A stretch of 64,000 nucleotides of DNA from an uncultured virus (IMG/VR IMGVR_UViG_3300034279_000829) (lineage: Duplodnaviria; Heunggongvirae; Uroviricota; Caudoviricetes), in the IMG/VR virus record IMGVR_UViG_3300034279_000829; one strand, given 5' to 3'. Every line of letters begins with the position of its first letter. Positions within the stretch are counted from its first letter, which is position 1. A program made the translations under genes and the position numbers. The notes under the pieces were generated by a model, which was given only the letters and a program-made list of their open reading frames with translations, searched no databases and was not told where the DNA came from. Positions 1 through 8,907 of the stretch are shown piece after piece.

Positions 1-361
1 ATGCGGCAAGTGCATCGGCTCGCTCCTCATCGGGCATGGTGCCCCAGACACAGACGGCTGGGATTCCGTAGTTCCTGGTCAGGTACTCAGTCGCACCCTT
101 GGCTGCGAACACACTGCCCGTGAACAGGACGGTCTGTCCCATCATCTCCTCGGCGGTGATCATGCAGGCGCGGTGCAGATTGGCTTCCTTGTTCAGTTCC
201 GCGGCGAGCTTCGTCTGGTTGAAGTCGCCGCCGACAATGTTGACCTTGCTTAGATCCAGCGACTCCACCCGGCTCAGCTTGCAAACAGGCGGCACTGCCC
301 AGCCGTTGGCGATGGCCCACTGGAGGTCGTAGTTACAGACTGACTCTTGATAGAACTGCAT
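1..361 (-). CDS. SF2 helicase C-terminal (RecA2) subunit, copy A, truncated by window edge
   Basis: Reads MQFYQESVCNYDLQWAIANGWAVPPVCKL..., matching 59878..60936. Preceded by TAAGGAG. Confidence 0.85.
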   Translation of the reverse strand, partial: MQFYQESVCNYDLQWAIANGWAVPPVCKLSRVESLDLSKVNIVGGDFNQTKLAAELNKEANLHRACMITAEEMMGQTVLFTGSVFAAKGATEYLTRNYGIPAVCVWGTMPDEERADALAA

Positions 362-864
362 GCGTCACTCCTTAGCATGGGCTTGCCGTCCATCCGAAAC
401 GGCGTGGCCGTGAATCCTGCGACCATCGCGCCTTGGTCTTGAAAGAACTTCAACATCTCAATTACCGGCTCGCTGCACTGCATGTGCGCCTCGTCCACAA
501 TGACGAGAGAGAACCCATTGAATCTGCGGTATCGCTTCTCGCCTTGGCGGCTGGACAGCAGCGTCTGCTTCGATGCGACCACCACCTTTGCCGGCCAGTA
601 GTCGCGCTCGGCAACGTAATCGGCCATCTCTATGTCGGGGTCAGAGTCTGTGACCTGACGAACCTTGTCAGCTGCCTGCCAGACAAGCTCACGCATCGGG
701 GCGATGATCAGCGTGCGTCCTTCGATGCGATCCGCGAGTGCAGTGAAGATCACGGTTTTGCCGGCGCCGGTGAAAAGCCCAACGAGCGTGGACTTCACAC
801 CGCGGCGCATTGCGTCCAGCAGCGATTCGATCACTTCCGTTTGGTAGTCGCGCAGTCTGAGCAT
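274..864 (-). CDS. SF2 DExH helicase N-terminal (RecA1) subunit, copy A
   Basis: LRDYQ Q-motif, TGAGKT Walker A, DEAH, TAT motif III. Start taken at MLRLRDYQ. Confidence 0.9.
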   Translation of the reverse strand: MLRLRDYQTEVIESLLDAMRRGVKSTLVGLFTGAGKTVIFTALADRIEGRTLIIAPMRELVWQAADKVRQVTDSDPDIEMADYVAERDYWPAKVVVASKQTLLSSRQGEKRYRRFNGFSLVIVDEAHMQCSEPVIEMLKFFQDQGAMVAGFTATPFRMDGKPMLRSDACSSIKSQSVTTTSSGPSPTAGQCRLFAS

Positions 865-888
865 GAAAACATCCTTGTTTTGAAGAAG

Positions 889-931
889 CCCGGGGGAGGG
901 CCGGTCGGAGGGTCCGGCCCTCAACCCCGGG
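889..931 (-). terminator. Long GC-rich hairpin between SSB and helicase (terminator/attenuator-like)
   Basis: CCCGGGG-GAGGGCCGG...CCGGCCCTC-AA-CCCCGGG, followed by a pyrimidine run on the minus strand. Nearly identical at 61465-61506. Confidence 0.55.
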
Positions 932-955
932 CGGCGCGTGTAACCGCGCCAGCAA

Positions 956-1315
956 TCAACGGAACTCAGCGAACTCTTCTTCCTCCGCCTGCGCCTCCTG
1001 CCGCTTGCCGCCAAGCAGCTGGACACGCTGAACCTGAAGGACAACCTTCGACCGCTTCTGGCCGTCTTTCTCCCAGTGCTGCTGCTCAAGCTCACCTTCC
1101 ACCAGCACCGTGGTGCCGCGGGTGAGGTAGCTCAGCACATTGCCGACACGCCAGTGGTCGCAGTCCAGGAACATCACATCCTGACTGCCGTCCTTCCGCT
1201 TGCGGCCGTTGATGGCGACCGCATACCGGGCAACTTCCGACTCGCCAACCATGCGAGACTCAGCGTCTCGGGTGAGGTTGCCAACACCGATGAACTTGTT
1301 AAACGAACTAGCCAT
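956..1315 (-). CDS. ssb: Single-stranded DNA-binding protein
   Basis: GNLTRD, GTTVLVEGEL, WEKDGQKRSK, acidic C-tail ending EEEFAEFR. Confidence 0.92.
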   Translation of the reverse strand: MASSFNKFIGVGNLTRDAESRMVGESEVARYAVAINGRKRKDGSQDVMFLDCDHWRVGNVLSYLTRGTTVLVEGELEQQHWEKDGQKRSKVVLQVQRVQLLGGKRQEAQAEEEEFAEFR

Positions 1316-1955
1316 GAGCAACGGCCTCCTTCTGCCAGTGGCGGACGAATTCCGCCTTGCACCTATCGAACACGCTGCGGTCGATGGCCTTCTCGCGAAG
1401 ACGCAACTCAACCTCAGACATCACCTTCCTCGCCGCAGCCTCGTCGGCCGCTTCAGCGATCTTGGTCTTCCATCCCTGCTCTCGCTGCAGCCCTGCAGCG
1501 GAGTTCGCCGGTGCCGGCCGACTGGTGGCCTGCACGCGGTTGTCCTCGCCATCGTCATCGGGTTCCCCACTGAACCCGCCAGTCAGGCTCATCAGCAGAG
1601 TTCGCTTGGCGTAAGTCACCGCCGATCCGAACCCCTGCATGTCACCCTTGCCGTTCACCAGCGGGGCAATGCCCGTGATGTACTGACCACTGGAGTGACG
1701 CAACGTGCCGACCAGCACCCACTGACTGCCGACCAACCCTGGCCGGAAGTCCGGCAAGGCAAGGCCGTTCTTTGTCAGCGGGCCACGCAACGAATCGCAG
1801 CAAGTCGCATAAGACGAGAACCGGCTTTTGAAATGCGGGTTCGCGGCGTCCAACTCAACGTGCTTATACTCAGCCTGTGCCTTTGCCAGCGCCTTGGTTA
1901 GCTCGCTGGTGTCGGGCGACGATGACGGTCCCAAGATGTTGTTGTTGTCAGTCAT
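1308..1955 (-). CDS. ERF-family ssDNA annealing protein
   Basis: ALAKAQ...NPHFKSRF, QGFGSAVTYAKR, GEPDDDG. Confidence 0.9.
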   Translation of the reverse strand: MTDNNNILGPSSSPDTSELTKALAKAQAEYKHVELDAANPHFKSRFSSYATCCDSLRGPLTKNGLALPDFRPGLVGSQWVLVGTLRHSSGQYITGIAPLVNGKGDMQGFGSAVTYAKRTLLMSLTGGFSGEPDDDGEDNRVQATSRPAPANSAAGLQREQGWKTKIAEAADEAAARKVMSEVELRLREKAIDRSVFDRCKAEFVRHWQKEAVAHG

Positions 1956-2806
1956 ACTGTGATTACCTCCTCCTCCTTCTTGTTCGCCCAATTCGGGAAC
2001 TGGAGTTCCGTGATCTCGCCCGCATCTGCGGACTCATAGACCCCCGTCTCCCGCCTCAGACGAACCTCCTCCATCACGCGGGTCATACGCAGGCCCGCCT
2101 CCTCAACGATCTCTGTCGGCAGATAGAAGACCCGGCATCCAAACGGAGCCATGGTCTGACAAAAGATGAACGGCATGCGGAAGTGATCCATGCCGAGAGC
2201 CATAGCCCCTTGGACATAGAGCCACTCCTGCTCCGCATAGCCGAAATCAATCGCGCTGCGGAACACCTTGTCCCAAGTGGACGAGGTGGACTTCATGTCC
2301 CACCACAGGCTCGGGGTGCAGCCGTCCGGTCGGACCTTGCACAGATGCCCCATCAGCTGGAAGAACACGGACACTTGCGTCTCGGTGGTCTGCTCAATCA
2401 GCTTTCTGGCCGCAGCGTTGGCCATGAGGTGATCCAGCATCATCTCAAACTGCCAGCCCTCTTCAGCGTTGCAGTCGATCAACCCCTTGCGCTCCGCCTG
2501 CTCTTTCCAGGCGTCGTACTTGGCGCCCCTCCGGTGGCCGTTGCTGGCCAGCACATCGGCGGGAGGGATGGCGAGAACGTCAGTCAACTTTTTCCCCTCG
2601 CACACCGCCGTGACGATGGTGTCCCACTTGCTGCCGGTGCGGGTTCCGGCGTTCCCCCCGAAGAGGGAGTAACCAAGATCCAGCCACTGCTGTGCTTCGC
2701 CGCCGTACTTGGCAACCGAGTGCAGGTAGCTGCGACCGAGAGCGTCGGTCTGCGAGTGGTAGTCCGTGTTGGACATGCCAATGATTTTCCGTGGCAAACT
2801 AGTCAT
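1952..2806 (-). CDS. PD-(D/E)XK exonuclease VIII (RecE-like)
   Basis: SNTDYH N-terminus, CKVRPD...WWDMKS, FGYAEQEWLY; next to ERF and SSB. Confidence 0.85.
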   Translation of the reverse strand: MTSLPRKIIGMSNTDYHSQTDALGRSYLHSVAKYGGEAQQWLDLGYSLFGGNAGTRTGSKWDTIVTAVCEGKKLTDVLAIPPADVLASNGHRRGAKYDAWKEQAERKGLIDCNAEEGWQFEMMLDHLMANAAARKLIEQTTETQVSVFFQLMGHLCKVRPDGCTPSLWWDMKSTSSTWDKVFRSAIDFGYAEQEWLYVQGAMALGMDHFRMPFIFCQTMAPFGCRVFYLPTEIVEEAGLRMTRVMEEVRLRRETGVYESADAGEITELQFPNWANKKEEEVITV

Positions 2807-2817
2807 CCGTACACCTC

Positions 2818-3051
2818 CTAGTAAGAAGCCGCCTCCGTGCGGCGAACAGACTCCCTCCGAAGACCGCGGCGGAACAGAACCGCCGCTCGGCCCAACTGTC
2901 CGAGAGCGAGAAGGGTGAGCAGAGTGCCCACACCGTGCAGAAAAATGACGACCACTAGCAAAGCCAGGACCGCCCCCCTTAGAATTCGGGAGAGCCACCC
3001 ACTTGGGGGGCCGCTTCGACCGACTCTATCCAATTGAGCTAGGGGTGCCAT
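2818..3051 (-). CDS. Small membrane protein whose 5' end is a tRNA-like sequence
   Basis: MAPLAQLDRVGRSGPPSGWLSRIL then a long hydrophobic stretch. Conservative substitutions relative to copy B (63401..63637). Confidence 0.6.
   Translation of the reverse strand: MAPLAQLDRVGRSGPPSGWLSRILRGAVLALLVVVIFLHGVGTLLTLLALGQLGRAAVLFRRGLRRESVRRTEAASY
3024..3048 (-). other. tRNA(Arg)-like 5' half (acceptor strand + D-arm); candidate att core
   Basis: GCACCCC-TA-GCTC-AATTGGATA-GAG next to a tyrosine recombinase. 26 bp identical at 63612-63637. Confidence 0.65.
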
Positions 3052-3061
3052 ATGCGAGCCG

Positions 3062-3089
3062 AGTATAGCAGGGGACTTGCGGGATCCAA
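3062..3089 (-). promoter_or_regulatory. sigma70-like promoter
   Basis: TTGGAT-N16-TATACT with a TG extension. Both boxes are conserved in copy B while the spacer varies. Confidence 0.5.
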
Positions 3090-3144
3090 AAGTGGGGGTA
3101 GTCTCACCCCCCTCAACCAGATCCACAAACTTTCCGAAAACAAC

Positions 3145-3960
3145 ATGACTCTCAGAGAGTTCGCGGAGGCTTACGCCCTCCAATCGGGGGCTAGCCCCGG
3201 CTACCGGGAGCAACTCATTGTGCTGACCAAGCGGCTCCCTTGGGGGGTGGCCGACTTGACCGTCAGCAACATTGATGCGTACCTCACGCATGCCCTTGGT
3301 CATCTCGCCGCCTCCACGGTGAACAACCATCGCCGGATGCTTAGCACCCTGCGACGAGCCGCCCTCCGAGACGGCCTTGTGGTGGACGATTGTACACGGC
3401 CGATCCGCCGTGTCAAGCACACCTTGCCGATGGTCCGCGCTTGGACCCATGACGAGATGCGGCACCTGCTTTCGGTAGCCGCGGAGATGCCGGGAAACAC
3501 CCTTCACTGCCCGCTGAAAGTTCTGCTGCCGGCGTGGATTCTGGTCGGCTACTCCAGCGGCTTGCGTCTGGGCGACATGCTGGCCATCACCCATGACTCC
3601 CTGAGAGGAGATAGGCTGGCTCTGATTCTGCGCAAGACCCGGCAACCGCATGTGATCGTCCTTGATCAGCAGGCCCTAGAAGCAATCCGTTCGCTTCCCC
3701 GGCGAGGGCCGAAAATCTTCGGCGGACTCGTCGGAAGGAGCCGGATCATAGTGGCCATGCGCGCGCTCGTCAAACGAGCCGGCCTCACCGGATCGGGCAA
3801 ATACCTGCGTAGAGCGAGTGCGACTTACGCCCAAATGGCTGGGATCGACCCCAGTGGACACTTAGGTCACCTGACCCCGGGCATGAAGCGGCACTACCTA
3901 GATCCGGTCATTCTCTCGGATCTGAAGAGGGCCGTGCCTAGCCTGGCAGGAATGCGCTAG
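3145..3960 (+). CDS. Tyrosine recombinase/integrase
   Basis: SGLR, RKT, KYLR (K in the H position of HxxR), LGH, RHY catalytic pattern. Confidence 0.85.
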   Translation: MTLREFAEAYALQSGASPGYREQLIVLTKRLPWGVADLTVSNIDAYLTHALGHLAASTVNNHRRMLSTLRRAALRDGLVVDDCTRPIRRVKHTLPMVRAWTHDEMRHLLSVAAEMPGNTLHCPLKVLLPAWILVGYSSGLRLGDMLAITHDSLRGDRLALILRKTRQPHVIVLDQQALEAIRSLPRRGPKIFGGLVGRSRIIVAMRALVKRAGLTGSGKYLRRASATYAQMAGIDPSGHLGHLTPGMKRHYLDPVILSDLKRAVPSLAGMR

Positions 3961-6900
3961 AACTGGTTGGTAACGCCCAGCATCTGGAGCGGGTCCATGG
4001 ACAGCTGCGCCTTCTTCTTGTCCCGGGCACGCTTGGCGGCCTCGGCCTGGATGACCTTATAGAGGAGGTACATCTGACGCTGCTCAGCGGGCATGGTCCG
4101 CAGGACATCCTCTGGGACCGTGATGTTTTCGTAGGTGCGGACGCCGGGAGTGGTGGACAGCAGGTCGTTGAGCATCTTCCTGGCGGCCTGCTGCTTAGCC
4201 CGCTCGGCAGAAATGTCGGTCACGCCAGAGCCGGAAACAAAGTTGAACCCGGTCTTCAGATACCGCTCCGCCGGCGAGAGTCTGTCATCCGTAAGCTGGC
4301 GGTACAGCCCCACGGCCCGCGATCCGAACGGCAGGAAGTTGACGGCGGCCTGCTCCAACGGGCGGCCGAACTCACCGAAGTCCCTCTCAAGGACTGAGTA
4401 CAGGTCGCTCATGTCTCGTCCGCTGTACAGCTGCCGATTGGTGATGTACTCAATCGGGGCCTTAATCAGCGGGTTGGTTTGCCCAAGAAGGTTGGAGCCA
4501 GTTTCTTGGAGTGTGTTGGCAAGGCGTGAGCTAGCCGTGGCTCCAACCCCCGGGGTGAAGAGATTGAAGAAGCTCTCCCACGGGAAGTCGATGCGAGTGA
4601 GGTATCGCTGCAAGTCGGAGTTCTTTGGCCCCAGAGCGTCCGGCAGTGGGATCGACGCCGAACGGCGCAGATGCTCGGGGATGAAGTTCTCCTCGGTCGG
4701 CTGCGTGCCGCGCGTCACGGCGCGGATGGCCTGGCCCTGCAGCCCGCCTGGGCGATACAGCAGGTTGTTGAAGATGCTCGGGAGAATGCCCTTCTGGAAA
4801 CTGTAGAACGGCAGCACGCGCTTCGCCCAGTTGCGCTCAAACGATGTAAACGCTTGGGGCGAATAATCGACCTGGCTCATGCGCACCACATCAGCCGCTG
4901 CGCCGGGGTCCACGCCCTTGCGCAGCTGGTTCAGGAACACGCCGCCTCGCAGCGCGTCCTCGGAGGCAGACCCAACTGCATCATTGAGAACAAGCAGCGG
5001 ATTGGTGTTTCGTTTCAGCGGTCGCTGCGTAACCCCTACGCCACGCAATCCGAAGAAGTCGTTGGCAAACTCAGGCCAAGATCGCTCGGAGTCGTAGAAC
5101 GCCTGCCCAACGCTCGGCCCATTGCCGGCCCCAAGCCACGTTCCTCGGATCTCCTGCTCGGGCAGGCCGCGAATGTCATCGAATATCGTACCGCCACCAA
5201 TGCGGTGCGCCCCAGACAGGTCAAGGTACTGCGCCACCCGCTGCTCGGGCGTAAGGCCAGCGAATCCAGGAGCCTGCTCTAGGCGGCGAGCCAGCGCGTC
5301 GTAGTTTCCGCGCGAGGCTTGCAGGGCCGCCCACCAGTCCAGCGGATTGAACGCATTGAACGTAGCTGCGTTGACGGCGCCAGAGTAGGTGTTGCGCGTA
5401 TGGAAGGACGGGCTTGCAAGTGCGCCGACTTTGAAGGCATTGGTGAACTGGTCAAGAGCGTTGACAACACCACGCTCAGCCTCGCCCAGCCGGGACGGGG
5501 ATGCGATGGATCGCAGGTCTTCGACCAGCCTTTCGGGCACAGCAAGGTTGGTTACATCGCCATTGAACCGCTGCCGCCACATCTGCCGGAAGTTGTTGGC
5601 ATCGTACCCAAGGCGGTTGGCTGCGTCGGTCAGCTGCACCATGCCGTCCTGCAGGCCCGCGGCGCCGACCGGCTGAACGGCGTCCTGGAGCCGGCGCGTA
5701 ATCCTGTCGGTATTGGCAAGGATGCGGTTCTGTCCTTGCTCATAACGGCGGAGGTTTGTCCACCCGGATGTGTCGAAGATGCCTGTGTTGTTCTGGGCAA
5801 ACTGCAGGTCCGATCCGCGCAGAAGATTGACAAGCTGATCCTGCCGCGACTGCATGCTCGCTGTTACTGGCTGCAGCAATTCCGCCTGCCGCTCAGGGTC
5901 AGCAGCAAGGAACTCCGGGGACATCTGCAGTTCGTCTAGCTCGCGCCGGAACGGGCGCTGGACGCCGATGGCATCGAACGCTTGATCCAAGAGATCGCGG
6001 GCGGGAAGCTGGTCGGCATTGATGAGAGACTGCTGGAAGGCCGCGGAGTCAAACGTCCTCGCCCCCGTGGCCGGATCGATCACGTTGCCGGTCAGCATCC
6101 GGAACGTGCGCTGGCCACCGGGAATGTCCGTGTAGTCTTGGCGAGTCCGGCCGAAGTTGTCCGTCGTTTCCAGTATCTTGCTGCCGCCGGCCCAAGGCTT
6201 TTCCACACGGCCCACGGCGTTTGGTCGATCTGGGTCAAGTATGCGCTGCCACCACTTCAGCTGTCTGGGGAAGAACTCTGTTCCGGAATCCCCTTGCCAA
6301 GTGGGCAGGCGCAACCCAGCTTGCTCAGCGGCCTCGGCTGCGAGCCGCGGAGAAGTGACATAGAGATCGCGCATATCGCGGAACTCTGGCACATTCTCAA
6401 GCACCCAGTCTGCCACGTTGTCGCCGGACGTTTTGCCAAGGGGCATGCCCGCAAGCGTTGGGCCTTGCAGCTGCGGGGACTCGGCGTAGTCAACCAGGGC
6501 GCGCTGGAGATCGGTGCTTTGGAAACGTCGAAGACCTTCGGGGATGGAGGTCGGCACACCTGCTGCGCCAGCCGCCCTCATTGCCTCTGCGGCCTCTTCC
6601 GCGTTGGCTCCCATCGCGCGCCGAAGCTGGCCAGTGCGAAGCAGTTCCTGCGCTTCGTTGGCACGGTCGGCTGCAGCCTTTGCAATGCGAGAGTCCCACT
6701 GAACGTCGGGGTTGAGAGCATCGCCCGAAGGGCCGTGGAAGAGGGCGTACGCGCGATTGACAATCGGAGCCGTGTAGGGGTTGCGCTTCGACGCCTCGCC
6801 CAGTGTGTCTAGTCCGCCGGCAACAGCATCCCCGAACTCCTGCCCAAGAAAGTCGGTGCTGAAACCAATGTTGGTTCCAGGGATGCGAACGTCCATTAAC

Positions 6901-7607
6901 CGCGCAGCGGGGGCATCTAGGTTATTTGGATCCACACCAAACCGCTCGGCCTGCTGCCGCCACCTGTTCATGGCATCAAGCGGATCGTCGGCTTCGGCTA
7001 TGGCTTGGCGTGGCGTAAGGTTGCGCAGATGGGATCGGATGCCTTGGCCCGCCTCCCGCTGTGCGGCCCCGCGCGCCGCCTGCTGGAACGTAGGCTCAAG
7101 CCCTTCGTACGCCGCCTCGGCAGCATTGCGCAATCTACCGGACGCCTCTAGCGCCTTGCCGGTTGGCGTCAACGCACCGCGGCCAAGAACCGAGAACGGG
7201 TTCATGTATGTCAGCGGATCAAGCAGCACCTCGGCCGCAAGCCCGCCGGCGAAATTCCCCCATGTATCTCGGGCGCCAACAAGGCCATACTGGCGCATCA
7301 AGTCGCGGCCAGTGACGCGCTCGTCGGAAGAACCAAGGAAGCTCAACGGCCGGCCGGCCAAGATGCCGCGGATAAGCGCGCCTGGCGTGTCCAGAAGATA
7401 GCCGGCCGTCGAAAGCCCAGAAGACCCAGCCTCCGCCAAGGAGCGAAGCATCGTCTGCTTCTCTTCCGGCGGCAGCAGGTCTGCGATCTGCGCCTGTCGG
7501 CCAACGCCCGTGAACCCACCGTCCGGCTCCGGAAGCAGGCCGTCTTCCGCCTGCTGCTGCAGGATGCCGTACGGGTCGTAGAGGTCAAATAGCGGAGAGC
7601 GAGACAT
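3957..7607 (-). CDS. Large internal virion/ejection protein (1216 aa)
   Basis: Size, position at the end of the structural operon, helical composition, DYS..FT.FER..KRVLPFYSF-type C-terminal motif. Confidence 0.6.
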   Translation of the reverse strand: MSRSPLFDLYDPYGILQQQAEDGLLPEPDGGFTGVGRQAQIADLLPPEEKQTMLRSLAEAGSSGLSTAGYLLDTPGALIRGILAGRPLSFLGSSDERVTGRDLMRQYGLVGARDTWGNFAGGLAAEVLLDPLTYMNPFSVLGRGALTPTGKALEASGRLRNAAEAAYEGLEPTFQQAARGAAQREAGQGIRSHLRNLTPRQAIAEADDPLDAMNRWRQQAERFGVDPNNLDAPAARLMDVRIPGTNIGFSTDFLGQEFGDAVAGGLDTLGEASKRNPYTAPIVNRAYALFHGPSGDALNPDVQWDSRIAKAAADRANEAQELLRTGQLRRAMGANAEEAAEAMRAAGAAGVPTSIPEGLRRFQSTDLQRALVDYAESPQLQGPTLAGMPLGKTSGDNVADWVLENVPEFRDMRDLYVTSPRLAAEAAEQAGLRLPTWQGDSGTEFFPRQLKWWQRILDPDRPNAVGRVEKPWAGGSKILETTDNFGRTRQDYTDIPGGQRTFRMLTGNVIDPATGARTFDSAAFQQSLINADQLPARDLLDQAFDAIGVQRPFRRELDELQMSPEFLAADPERQAELLQPVTASMQSRQDQLVNLLRGSDLQFAQNNTGIFDTSGWTNLRRYEQGQNRILANTDRITRRLQDAVQPVGAAGLQDGMVQLTDAANRLGYDANNFRQMWRQRFNGDVTNLAVPERLVEDLRSIASPSRLGEAERGVVNALDQFTNAFKVGALASPSFHTRNTYSGAVNAATFNAFNPLDWWAALQASRGNYDALARRLEQAPGFAGLTPEQRVAQYLDLSGAHRIGGGTIFDDIRGLPEQEIRGTWLGAGNGPSVGQAFYDSERSWPEFANDFFGLRGVGVTQRPLKRNTNPLLVLNDAVGSASEDALRGGVFLNQLRKGVDPGAAADVVRMSQVDYSPQAFTSFERNWAKRVLPFYSFQKGILPSIFNNLLYRPGGLQGQAIRAVTRGTQPTEENFIPEHLRRSASIPLPDALGPKNSDLQRYLTRIDFPWESFFNLFTPGVGATASSRLANTLQETGSNLLGQTNPLIKAPIEYITNRQLYSGRDMSDLYSVLERDFGEFGRPLEQAAVNFLPFGSRAVGLYRQLTDDRLSPAERYLKTGFNFVSGSGVTDISAERAKQQAARKMLNDLLSTTPGVRTYENITVPEDVLRTMPAEQRQMYLLYKVIQAEAAKRARDKKKAQLSMDPLQMLGVTNQF

Positions 7608-7610
7608 ACG

Positions 7611-8897
7611 TTACTGCGGAGACAGCGGCGGGTCGTTGGGTATGGGTTGCCAAAAATCTCCAAACCATCCACCCCGCCCACCGGACCAGCCGGACGCATA
7701 GCCGTACCTGCGGATCAACTCCTCGCGGTAGGCGCGGTCGCTAAGCCGAGACTGCACGCCAGCCATCTCAGCCTGCCGCGCCAAGGCAAGCAAGGCGGCG
7801 TTCATGGAGCCAGCCTCGCGGCTGCCAAACCCCCCGCCCGGGAGCCACTGGAAGTTGTCAGCATCCGCAGCGGCGTTCTTCAGATACTCCTCTGCCTCCG
7901 GAGTTTGCAGGCCAACGGCCGCGTGGTAAGCCCCCGGGTTTGTGGTGGCGAAGGTGGTGCGCATGTTGTCCTTACGCCTATCATCCTCTCGCTTCATGTT
8001 CGCAAGAGCAATGGTGGCGGGCGCACCAGCGGCCTCCGCGGCCAGCCGTGCGGCTTCCACCGATGCCTTGTTGTCGCCGCGCCCGCGCTCAAGCATTGCC
8101 TGCGTCTGCGCTAACTGGGCCTTGAGGGAGGCGTCGGCCGCCGTCCGCTCTGATTGAAACTTTTGGTTTGTGGCCTCAAATTGCTGACGCGCCTGCTCCA
8201 TGCGCTCTTCAAACTCTAGCTTCCGCGATTGACGCTCCGTTGCCCACTTCTCTTGGTCCGCAGCGCGCACGGCCTCTCGCTCAAGCCTGGCCTCTTCGCG
8301 GGCAGCGGCCTGGATTTCGGCGGCAGACTTTCGGGCGGCCTCGCCCTCCGATCGGCGGGACTCTGCCTCCATCTGCGCAATAGCCAGCCGCGGATCGTTC
8401 TGCGAGTAACTGCGCCCGCCAGTGAGACGGGCCTCAATGACGCGCTGCTTCTGCTCGTCGCTCAGCATGTCGAATGCGTTGGACATGTTGGCCCGTGAGT
8501 TAGAGCTAGCCAGCATCATCTGCGACTTCCATCGATTCATTCGCTCCGTCTCTGCGGCATCGCGAGCATTTGCTGCGGCGTCGATTAGAGGGGCGAATTG
8601 AGAGGCGCGCTCCGTGGCGGTGAACTGCCCACGCGCGTCCTTTTCTCCGTGAACGGCAGCGCCCGAATCCGACAGCATCTGCTGCGCCTCGGACAGCGAA
8701 ACACCGGCCGCCTTTGCGAGCCGCCTCAACTTCTGCCGAACCACATACGGGTTATTAGCCCAGGCATTTTCGGCAAGCGACGGATCAACAGGCTCCCCTG
8801 CAACAGGCTCCACCTCCAAAGGAGAGTCGGCACCGACTAGGCCGTCAGCCAAGTCCATGGGAAAGCTCGTTGGCGGCGTGCGGCGGTCGTACGGCAT
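7611..8897 (-). CDS. Internal virion protein, coiled-coil
   Basis: A/E/Q/R-rich central coiled coil; context. Confidence 0.5.
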   Translation of the reverse strand: MPYDRRTPPTSFPMDLADGLVGADSPLEVEPVAGEPVDPSLAENAWANNPYVVRQKLRRLAKAAGVSLSEAQQMLSDSGAAVHGEKDARGQFTATERASQFAPLIDAAANARDAAETERMNRWKSQMMLASSNSRANMSNAFDMLSDEQKQRVIEARLTGGRSYSQNDPRLAIAQMEAESRRSEGEAARKSAAEIQAAAREEARLEREAVRAADQEKWATERQSRKLEFEERMEQARQQFEATNQKFQSERTAADASLKAQLAQTQAMLERGRGDNKASVEAARLAAEAAGAPATIALANMKREDDRRKDNMRTTFATTNPGAYHAAVGLQTPEAEEYLKNAAADADNFQWLPGGGFGSREAGSMNAALLALARQAEMAGVQSRLSDRAYREELIRRYGYASGWSGGRGGWFGDFWQPIPNDPPLSPQ

Positions 8898-8907
8898 GGG
8901 TCGGCTC

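Larger units (their letters stand above)
1..3414. repeat. Diverged direct-repeat copy A of the helicase-SSB-ERF-exonuclease-integrase block (homologous to 60576-64000)
   Basis: Same gene order and alignable proteins at both window ends. Hand count gives ~33 mismatches over the first 270 nt of the integrase, many at third codon positions. Confidence 0.95.

Noticed and set aside
274..380. Helicase break as a sequencing error or classic slippery-site frameshift
   Set aside because: The same break occurs in both diverged copies with a conserved SD and a stop in the downstream frame; no X-XXY-YYZ heptamer seen at the junction.
2971..3048. Functional full-length tRNA gene
   Set aside because: The anticodon arm has only a 3-5 nt loop, there is no proper T-stem or CCA, and copy B lacks the 3' acceptor strand.
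1..3414. Identical terminal repeat or circular assembly overlap
   Set aside because: The copies differ by many substitutions and indels.
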